Shown one piece after another: positions 7,664 to 14,342 of a DNA stretch of 14,342 nucleotides (position 1 is the stretch's first letter; each line of letters starts with the position of its first letter). Source of the DNA: an uncultured bacterium (GTDB taxonomy: Bacteria > JAJVIF01 > JAPKYR01); contig CBDURU010000091.1 of assembly GCA_965369865.1 (NCBI GenBank), positions 1 to 14,342 of the forward strand, written 5' to 3'. Made by a program: the position numbers and the translations under genes. The notes beneath the pieces are model-generated. The model saw only the letters and a list, made by a program, of their open reading frames with translations. It was not told where the DNA came from and made no database searches.

Positions 7664-8233
7664 ATGCGTAAAAAACTTTCTTATTTCATTTTATCGGTAA
7701 TAATGGTAGCTGCATTCGCAATTATGAGTGCTCCTGCAATGGCCCAGGGTTTCGGTGAAGAAAACGAAGGTGGGCTCCATATTTCTATACTGTACAGTAT
7801 GATTAATGAAGAGGGTCTGGATAACGGGTTTGGTGCCTGTTTTGGCTATGAAATGCCCATGGATGAAGCTTCATCCATCGACTTCCTGTTCGGCTGGAGA
7901 CAGTGGCCGATCGAAGATGTGGATGATATTGAAGGCGTATCAGCAAATTTTGCAGTTTCTAACATATCCGTTGACTACAAAACCTGGTTCGGTGGCGAAG
8001 AAATAGCTACTGCCGGTACCGGATTCTATTTCAGAGGGGGCGTTGGTTACTATTCTGGAGAGGCGGAAGTTAGCGCTGGCGGTGCGACTGTTACGTTGGA
8101 TGCCGGTAATAAATTCGGATACAACGTTGGAGCTGGATATGTCTTTGGTGATGGCGGTTTTGCCGCGAGCTTTGACTGGCACAAGGCAAGTGATTTTGAT
8201 TGGTTCGAGTTTGGTGTAGGTTATTACTTTTAA
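7664..8233 (+). CDS. Small outer-membrane beta-barrel protein (OmpA-transmembrane/porin-like, probably 8-stranded)
   Basis: Sec signal peptide ending AMA|Q, amphipathic Gly/aromatic strands (GFYFRGGVGYY, FGYNVGAGYVF), and a C-terminal beta-signal FEFGVGYYF. It has its own RBS, promoter and terminator. Confidence 0.88.
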   Translation: MRKKLSYFILSVIMVAAFAIMSAPAMAQGFGEENEGGLHISILYSMINEEGLDNGFGACFGYEMPMDEASSIDFLFGWRQWPIEDVDDIEGVSANFAVSNISVDYKTWFGGEEIATAGTGFYFRGGVGYYSGEAEVSAGGATVTLDAGNKFGYNVGAGYVFGDGGFAASFDWHKASDFDWFEFGVGYYF

Positions 8234-8282
8234 TCAGGCTCTAATCGCATCAATGATTTAAGACTTATTACCTCGAAACTAT

Positions 8283-8308
8283 GCCCCTTTACCTGAAGGG
8301 GCTTTTTT
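8283..8308 (+). terminator. Intrinsic terminator of the beta-barrel gene
   Basis: GCCCCTTT-ACCT-GAAGGGGC followed by T6. Confidence 0.9.
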
Positions 8309-8401
8309 ATTTAAAAATTCAAGCTTCTTAGACCAATTCCGTTAAACAAAAGTTGTACGTCGACAAGCACGTTCGACCCGGAGATCTTCGAGGATTGCAG
8401 G

Positions 8402-8451
8402 ATAGAGACGTCTCACTCAGCGTGTCGACGCCACGCGGTGGATGTCGTTAT
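8402..8451. repeat. Degenerate inverted repeat/hairpin, possibly a decayed REP doublet
   Basis: ATAGAGACGTCTCAC (8402-8416) versus the reverse complement of 8438-8451 (ATAACGACATCCAC), with an internal hairpin CGACGCCAC-GCG-GTGGATGTCG. Confidence 0.35.
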
Positions 8452-8511
8452 TAAACTGAACAGGTGGATTTGGCTTCTAATGAGCAACGGCTGGAAGCAG
8501 TCGGCACCGGA

Positions 8512-10128
8512 CTAGTCATCGCCGGGCCATTTGTTTTTTTTCTTCATGTCGGCGATCCAGCGGTAGAGTGTCGCTTCGCTGATTTCAAGAAGGTTCGCGG
8601 CCTTACCGCGATTTCCCGCGACCAGGTTCAATGCCTTAAGGACGTGTTCGTGGTCCAGCTCCTCAAGGGTAGGGAAATCCGCCAGCGCCGCCGACTGCGC
8701 ATCGACCATATCCTCAGGCAGGTGTTTCGGGTGGATAATCCTCGGTTCCTGGTCGATCAAAATCCCTTTGATAATATTCTCCATCTCGCGGATATTGCCT
8801 TTCCAGGGATACTCGAGAAAGAAGTAGATCGCTTTCGGGCTCATCGAGGGTTTTTTCATATCGTATTCTTCAGCGAATTTCCGGAGGAAAAAATCGGTCA
8901 GGTCGAGGATGTCATTTCCGCGATCCCTGAGCGGGGGCAACTGGACCGGGAAAGTCGCCAGGCGGTAATAGAGGTCCTCCCGGAATGTACCGTCCTCCAT
9001 GCATTGATCAAGGTCCTGGTGGGTCGCTGCGATAATACGCACATCGACCGCGACATCTTTCGTACCGCCCACAGGCCTTATTTTTCGTTCCTGCAGGACC
9101 CTCAACAATTTCGATTGCAGAAGCGGGGGCATATCGCCTATTTCATCGAGGAAAAGAGTGCCTTTATCGGCAAGTTCGAAGATCCCGGGTTTGCCGCCTT
9201 TTTTCGCGCCGGTGAACGCCCCCTCGACATAACCGAAAAGTTCACTTTCGAGGAGTTCATCGGGAATCGCAGAACAATTTATCGCCTCGAACGGTCCGTC
9301 TGACCGTTTCGACTCCGCGTGTATCGCCCTCGCGAAAATCTCCTTTCCTGTGCCCGACTCACCAAGCAAAAGGACATTTTCAATGGTCCGCGCAACCCGT
9401 CGCGCACGCTGGCAGGCCCGGCGCATGCAATCGGATGAACCGATAACAGCGCCAAAGGCTCCGGACTGTCCCTGATCAAGCTCCCTGTTGATACGTATTG
9501 CAGTACTGAGAATTGTCCCGGCCAATTCGGCAACCCTTTCAAGGAATTTCAAATCTTTTTCACTGAGATGTACTTTGGGGTCTCGTGTGTCGACATACAG
9601 CACGCCGTACTTACCCTTTTCAATCTGGAACGGGGCGGCAAGGCCGGATGTCACCTTCCTCCGGATCAGGCTTTCAGTTCCATCTCCCCGCGCGCTGTCG
9701 TAGAAAACCCCCTCGCCCACCTCAATGGCCTGTACAACCATTGTATGGCTAATGTCAGCGGCCTCGTCCTGGTCAACACCTTTCGATAACCTTATCGCGA
9801 CCGCGCCATCATCCGCAACCTCTACGACAAGCCCGCGCTCACAGTTGAGATGCCTGATGGCTTCATCGAGGATTGTTTCAGTAACCACAACCGGATCCGT
9901 GCTGCCGGTAAGTGCAAGCGAAATTTCATAGAGGGTTTTAAAGCTTTCTGGTTCCGGTTTTAAATCACCATCACCGCTTTTAATAAATTCTGAACAGTTA
10001 TCGATCAGGCTTTGGAGGACCTTTTTAGTAACTTTAGTCAGGGGAATTTTCTTCTCTTCGATAAGTTTGATTACTTTTTTCAGGGATTTATCGAGGTCGT
10101 TTTTGTCGATGGCCATAGTCACGTCCAT
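8512..10128 (-). CDS. Sigma54-dependent transcriptional activator (bEBP): GAF + AAA+ + Fis-type HTH
   Basis: Walker [28 protein letters not shown], Walker [23 protein letters not shown] and [24 protein letters not shown]. The N-terminal region is GAF-like (LAAPF...GVLYVD...SEKDLKFL) and there is no receiver domain. The start may be 10128 or 10116. Confidence 0.95.
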   Translation of the reverse strand: MDVTMAIDKNDLDKSLKKVIKLIEEKKIPLTKVTKKVLQSLIDNCSEFIKSGDGDLKPEPESFKTLYEISLALTGSTDPVVVTETILDEAIRHLNCERGLVVEVADDGAVAIRLSKGVDQDEAADISHTMVVQAIEVGEGVFYDSARGDGTESLIRRKVTSGLAAPFQIEKGKYGVLYVDTRDPKVHLSEKDLKFLERVAELAGTILSTAIRINRELDQGQSGAFGAVIGSSDCMRRACQRARRVARTIENVLLLGESGTGKEIFARAIHAESKRSDGPFEAINCSAIPDELLESELFGYVEGAFTGAKKGGKPGIFELADKGTLFLDEIGDMPPLLQSKLLRVLQERKIRPVGGTKDVAVDVRIIAATHQDLDQCMEDGTFREDLYYRLATFPVQLPPLRDRGNDILDLTDFFLRKFAEEYDMKKPSMSPKAIYFFLEYPWKGNIREMENIIKGILIDQEPRIIHPKHLPEDMVDAQSAALADFPTLEELDHEHVLKALNLVAGNRGKAANLLEISEATLYRWIADMKKKNKWPGDD

Positions 10129-10244
10129 ACTATCCTGCGAAGATCGGTAATTTTTAAAGCATTTTAATATTTTAAGAGGAATATATCTATCAAATTGAGA
10201 GGGTTTTAGAGAAAACGCTTTAGAATTCAGATAATGGTAATCGA

Positions 10245-10277
10245 TCAGGAATTTCGGAGAAAGTCCTGAATTCCTGA
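10245..10277. promoter_or_regulatory. Candidate upstream activator sequence (inverted repeats)
   Basis: TCAGGAATTTC-GGA-GAAAGTCCTGA (11-bp arms, 1 mismatch, 10245-10269) plus a second right arm AATTCCTGA (10269-10277), about 90-120 bp upstream of the predicted sigma54 start site. Confidence 0.4.
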
Positions 10278-10340
10278 ATATAAGGGGTGTACAGGGCAGG
10301 TAATTGAAAATTCAGGTTGGAACCGAGTGTACTCTTCGCT

Positions 10341-10357
10341 TTGGAATCATTAGTGCA
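10341..10357 (+). promoter_or_regulatory. Candidate sigma54 -24/-12 promoter
   Basis: TTGGAATCATTAGTGCA has GG (10343-44), 10 nt, GC (10355-56). It points away from the bEBP toward a small ORF and a terminator. Confidence 0.55.
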
Positions 10358-10401
10358 CTTAAACAAATTGAAAAATAACCGGACACAGAGAGGACAGAGC
10401 A

Positions 10402-10509
10402 ATGACAAGAATCAGAACAATAACGAACAGAATAAAAACAATCTCACTCCCCAGGATTTATCTGACCATCATTCTCTTGAGTCTTCTGATAGCAGTGATC
10501 CGGGGTTAA
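10402..10509 (+). CDS. Unannotated 35-aa small protein MTRIRTITNRIKTISLPRIYLTIILLSLLIAVIRG (basic N-terminus, hydrophobic C-terminal segment)
   Basis: ATG at 10402 with GAGAGGA at 10388-10394 and TAA at 10507-10509. It lies between a candidate promoter and a strong + strand terminator, and is below the ORF-track size cutoff. Confidence 0.55.
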   Translation: MTRIRTITNRIKTISLPRIYLTIILLSLLIAVIRG

Positions 10510-10575
10510 GAAAAAGAACATAATCTTCCAATAGAAACTGTCAAACGATCACATACAATCCCTCACTGAAGTCCC

Positions 10576-10620
10576 TGCGAGCTCCCGGGCCCACTTACCC
10601 GGGAGCATCGCATTTTTTTT
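10576..10620 (+). terminator. Strong + strand intrinsic terminator
   Basis: TGCGA-GCTCCCGGG-CCCACTTA-CCCGGGAGC-A-TCGCA followed by T8. Both flanking large genes are on the minus strand, so a separate + transcript is implied. Confidence 0.85.
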
Positions 10621-10635
10621 AAGATTCAAGTAAAT

Positions 10636-10706
10636 GGGGACACCTGATTTTGCCTTCGACATCTTTCTTAGATTGGAAATTGTTATTGGCAAAATTAGGT
10701 GTCCCC
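10636..10706. repeat. 71-bp element bounded by 19-bp inverted repeats (MITE/REP-like or RNA hairpin)
   Basis: GGGGACACCTGATTTTGCC (10636-10654) and GGCAAAATTAGGTGTCCCC (10688-10706), 18/19 complementary, with a 33-nt AT-rich interior. Confidence 0.8.
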
Positions 10707-10774
10707 GGTGGAGGATGCCAATGGTGGGGGAAATCATGTGGAGGATGCACGAGTTACAGGTTTTATTAAAGATT

Positions 10775-11515
10775 CTAGGAGTGATGATTGAGGACGATGT
10801 CGCGATCCGCAAACCTGATACGCACCAGGAAGTGTTTCTCGTTTTTTGAGTACCAGGCGGTGAACTCGTTTCGTCCCAGCGAAGCTGTTACAGCCCAGCA
10901 GTCGTACTGTGTGTTTGCAGTCTCGACAATTTCGCTTCCGATGACCTTGGCAATAGGGGTAATGAATGAATGGGTCTGGACATCGACGACAGTAAATGTG
11001 ATGAAATTCCCAATCTCATACGGGATGTTCCTCAAAAGGAATGGAAGGACATCCGCATCGCAATACCTCCCGCTCCTGGTCAGGGATGATCCCTGGCGGT
11101 TGGTGACGCCCGGGAAATATGCCCCGAAGACCAGGTTTTCACCGGTGTAGTTCCCTTCAAAGCGCCATTCATCCTCATCGATCGTGATAATCCGGGTGGA
11201 CATGTACACCTTAAGGTCGCTGGCACGCATTTTTGAGTCGGAAATTATATGGTTCTCGATCCCGTCTGGATCGGTCCAGGTCTGCTCCCACTCAACACGG
11301 TATGCGGTCGCGTCCATCATTGTCATCTGGCTGTAATCGACACGTGCTGTGCCGACTTTCTCGCCACGCATCAGGATGTCATAAGATTCGAATCCCCCCG
11401 GATGCCACACAACACCATCGGCGAAATCGAAATCCATGTAAACCTCGCCGACGGCCTGTGGAGAACTAATGACCATCAGGCTGAATATCACGCTAAAGAT
11501 AATCAGGCGTTTCAT
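10775..11515 (-). CDS. Secreted beta-rich protein, DUF3108-like
   Basis: Signal peptide MKRLIIFSVIFSLMVISSPQAVG. The pattern LPFLLRNIP...EIVETANTQYDCWAV...TAWYSKNEKHFLVRI resembles DUF3108-type proteins as recalled from memory; this is unverified. Confidence 0.65.
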   Translation of the reverse strand: MKRLIIFSVIFSLMVISSPQAVGEVYMDFDFADGVVWHPGGFESYDILMRGEKVGTARVDYSQMTMMDATAYRVEWEQTWTDPDGIENHIISDSKMRASDLKVYMSTRIITIDEDEWRFEGNYTGENLVFGAYFPGVTNRQGSSLTRSGRYCDADVLPFLLRNIPYEIGNFITFTVVDVQTHSFITPIAKVIGSEIVETANTQYDCWAVTASLGRNEFTAWYSKNEKHFLVRIRFADRDIVLNHHS

Positions 11516-11652
11516 GTCTCACCCATAATTAGTGATTTACTTTTACAGATTCTAATAATATCTCACAGGTTCGAAACTATAGCAACGTGGCTGGCCGATC
11601 CCGCTTTAAGGCTAAAGTCCTGAAAATTTTGATTTCATCCGCAAATCCGGAA

Positions 11653-14157
11653 TTATGCCGATGGTCTGGGTCTGGGCCGGGATTTTCGTTTCTTAAAATC
11701 TCCGTTCGAGGGTTTGCCGACTGATTTTTTCCTGGGTACCTTCTTAGACTTCTCTTTTTTAAATGACACGGCTTCCATTGTAGAAATCTTTTCAGCGCCT
11801 GCCTTTTTCTTTTCGAGCGAAATATTCAAAACATCCCAGATATCGGAAGCGAAATGGAAAGTCATTTTGTTACGCACTTCTTCGGGGATGTCCTCGATAT
11901 GGGATTCATTGGCTTTAGGAATTATCAGGTTGTAAATTCCGTACCGGTACGCAGCAAGAGCCTTTTCCTTGACTCCCCCGATCGGCAGGACCTTGCCGGA
12001 AAGGGTGATTTCTCCAGTCATCGCGACATTCCTGCGTACCCGCCTGCCTGTGAAAAGGCTGACAAGTGCCGAGGCGATAGTAACACCCGCCGAGGGCCCG
12101 TCCTTCGGGATCGCACCGGCCGGAACATGAACGTGGAGTTCCTGGCCTTCAAAGAATTTTGGATCGAGCCCGAGCCTTTCAGAGTTGGACCTTATAAACG
12201 TAAGAGCTGCCATAGCGGATTCCTGCATGACCTTACCGATATGACCGGTGATTGTGAGTCCGCCTTTTCCAGGCATTTGCCGGGCTTCCACATAGAGAAC
12301 CTCGCCACCGACCGAAGTCCAGGCGAGTCCTGTAGCTACGCCGGGCCGGTCGTACGCAAACGATTCCTTGCTTGAGAAAATATGGTGGCCGAGGAAATCG
12401 GTAATATTCTTGCTCGTAACTCTAAACGGGCCTTTGTCGTTGGTTGCGATCCTTCGGGTGACCTTTCGGCAGAGCGTGGCAATAGTACGCTCAAGGTTAC
12501 GGACGCCGGCTTCGCGTGTATATCCACGGATAATGGCCTGGTATCCGGATTTTGATATTTTCAATTGCTTTGGGTACAGCCCATGGTTTTCCAACTGTTT
12601 CGGGTAAAGGTGCCGCCTTGCGATCTCAACTTTTTCCCGCTCCGTGTAACTGGAAAGATGAATGACCTCCATCCTGTCCATAAGTGGTGGAGGGATAGTA
12701 TCGGGTAGATTCGCAGTGGCGATAAACATAACTTTGGAAAGATCGAATTGAACTTCAAGGTAATGATCCGAGAACGACATATTCTGCTCGGGATCGAGAA
12801 CCTCAAGCATTGCCGAGGACGGGTCCCCACGGAAATCGCTGCCAAGTTTATCGATCTCGTCCAGCATGAAAACCGGGTTATTGCTTCCCGCGTCGCGGAT
12901 TCCCTGGATAATTCGTCCCGGCAGCGCGCCGACATATGTCCGCCGGTGACCTCGTATCTCGGCTTCATCCCTGACGCCACCGAGGCTGGAGCGGACGAAT
13001 TTCCGTCCGATCGCCCTTGCTATAGACATTCCAAGCGAGGTTTTACCGGTACCCGGGGGTCCGACAAAGCACAGTATCGGGCTTTTCATATCCGGTTTAA
13101 TTTTCTTGACAGAAAGGTATTCCAGGAGCCTTTCCTTGATTTTATCAAGTCCGTAATGATCCTCGTTGAGAATTTTCTCTACATGGAGGATATCGAGATT
13201 ATCCTGGGATGAAATGTTCCAGGGGAGATTCGTAAGCCAGTCGAGGTAAGTACGCACGACGGATGATTCAGCGGAGTCGGGATGCATCCGTTCGAGCCTT
13301 TTAAGCTCCTTCTCAGCTTTATCCCTGACTTCCTCGGGCATCATGCTCTCCTCGATCTTCTCGCGGAACTCTTCGATCTCCTGGCCCTTGTCATCGCCCT
13401 CGCCAAGTTCTTTCTGAATTGCCTTCAACTGTTCGCGAAGGACATACTCCCGGTGCGCTTTTCCAAGTTCGACCTGGGCCTGGTTCTGGATTTTCGAAGA
13501 TATTGAAAGGACATCGAGTTCTTTCGCGAGGAAACCCACAACCTTCTTAAGCCTTGATTCGGGGTCTATGGTTTCCAGGATTTCCTGTTTCTCCTCAACG
13601 CTCAGATCGAGGTTGGTGGCGACCATGTCGGCCAGCATTCCAGGTTCTTCGATCCCGTCGGCGGCCATAAGCATTTCCTGCGAAATGTTCTTGCCCATCG
13701 TAGTGCATCGTTTAAATTGCTCAATGACAGTCTTCATCAAAGCCTGGACGGTATTATCCTTGGTTTTGATCTCCGGGATCTCCTCGATTTCAACGCGAAA
13801 TATATCATCGGATTCAAGAAATTTCTTGATTCGCACACGAGTAAGTCCCTGGGCAAGAACCCGCACTTCATTTTCAAGGCGTGCCATTCTGAGGATAATT
13901 GAAAGGGTACCGATTTCGTATAAATCGTCCGGACCCGGGGCTTCTATCTTGGAGTCCTTCTGGCTGAGAAGCACGACTTTTCGATTGGTTTCAATAGCCT
14001 CGTCCAAAGCCTGGATACTTCCAGGCCTGCCGACGGAAATCGGTGCAACGAGGTAGGGGAACACCACAAGATCGCGGAGCGGTATTAAAGGGCTGACATC
14101 GGGAACCTCAATAACATCGGGTCCTGGTATGCCGGGTCCATCTAGGTTATCAGTCAC
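11653..14157 (-). CDS. lon: ATP-dependent protease La (Lon, LonA type)
   Basis: Lon N-domain PLIPLRDLVVFP, Walker A GPPGTGKTS, EIRGHRRTYVGALPGRI, Walker B LDEIDK, catalytic PKDGPSAG and IGGVKEK. GTG start with GGATGGAG upstream. Confidence 0.98.
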   Translation of the reverse strand: MTDNLDGPGIPGPDVIEVPDVSPLIPLRDLVVFPYLVAPISVGRPGSIQALDEAIETNRKVVLLSQKDSKIEAPGPDDLYEIGTLSIILRMARLENEVRVLAQGLTRVRIKKFLESDDIFRVEIEEIPEIKTKDNTVQALMKTVIEQFKRCTTMGKNISQEMLMAADGIEEPGMLADMVATNLDLSVEEKQEILETIDPESRLKKVVGFLAKELDVLSISSKIQNQAQVELGKAHREYVLREQLKAIQKELGEGDDKGQEIEEFREKIEESMMPEEVRDKAEKELKRLERMHPDSAESSVVRTYLDWLTNLPWNISSQDNLDILHVEKILNEDHYGLDKIKERLLEYLSVKKIKPDMKSPILCFVGPPGTGKTSLGMSIARAIGRKFVRSSLGGVRDEAEIRGHRRTYVGALPGRIIQGIRDAGSNNPVFMLDEIDKLGSDFRGDPSSAMLEVLDPEQNMSFSDHYLEVQFDLSKVMFIATANLPDTIPPPLMDRMEVIHLSSYTEREKVEIARRHLYPKQLENHGLYPKQLKISKSGYQAIIRGYTREAGVRNLERTIATLCRKVTRRIATNDKGPFRVTSKNITDFLGHHIFSSKESFAYDRPGVATGLAWTSVGGEVLYVEARQMPGKGGLTITGHIGKVMQESAMAALTFIRSNSERLGLDPKFFEGQELHVHVPAGAIPKDGPSAGVTIASALVSLFTGRRVRRNVAMTGEITLSGKVLPIGGVKEKALAAYRYGIYNLIIPKANESHIEDIPEEVRNKMTFHFASDIWDVLNISLEKKKAGAEKISTMEAVSFKKEKSKKVPRKKSVGKPSNGDFKKRKSRPRPRPSA

Positions 14158-14237
14158 GTTTTAACTCCATCCTCAAAATGCAAGCTTTTAAAAACTTCCC
14201 CTAAAGGCTCAGGGATAAAATAAAGCAGGAATTTGAA

Positions 14238-14246
14238 AGTATAACA
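14238..14246 (-). promoter_or_regulatory. Possible extended -10 promoter of lon
   Basis: Minus strand TGtTATACT; no good -35 at 17 nt spacing. Confidence 0.4.
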
Positions 14247-14342
14247 CAGCACGACCGTCAGAGAGCCACGCCCTCTGTATAATATCTTACTGCATAAAGA
14301 ACGGTTCTCAAAGAGATTGAATATTTGATGGATTTCAGATTT

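Noticed and set aside
8365..8460. tmRNA- or tRNA-like fragment (GTTCGAC...GTCGTTATTAAA)
   Set aside because: There is no GGGG 5' end, tag reading frame, acceptor stem or CCA end.
8464..9303. 279-aa + strand ORF
   Set aside because: It is an antisense shadow of the conserved bEBP AAA+ domain, with no recognisable motifs.
10317..10523. 68-aa ORF from the track (TTG start)
   Set aside because: It has no RBS, starts upstream of the candidate promoter and is low-complexity N/Q/S. The overlapping frame at 10402 has an ATG, an SD and a coherent peptide.
10549..10849. ORFs 10549-10812 (-) and 10634-10849 (+)
   Set aside because: They run through the terminator and inverted repeats, overlap the neighbouring gene's end and have no recognisable protein features.
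11714..14056. + strand ORFs within lon
   Set aside because: They are antisense shadows with no independent support.

Overview
Bacterial chromosomal window, probably from a diderm because it encodes an outer-membrane beta-barrel. In order it contains: the 3' part of a large secreted Ig/PKD plus beta-propeller surface protein, a stand-alone type IV pilin-like gene, rpsT divergent from murJ-lepA, a small outer-membrane beta-barrel gene, a GAF-AAA+-HTH sigma54 enhancer-binding protein (bEBP), a DUF3108-like secreted protein, and lon. Several sigma70 promoters and intrinsic terminators are readable, and the intergenic spaces hold GTAG-type REP elements and other palindromic repeats. The most interesting item is absent from the ORF track. 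It is a short + strand unit divergent from the bEBP, made of an inverted-repeat candidate enhancer, a GG-N10-GC sigma54-type promoter, an RBS, a 35-codon basic/hydrophobic ORF (10402-10509), a C-rich 3' UTR and a strong terminator. All calls come from reading the sequence by eye; no database searches were run.
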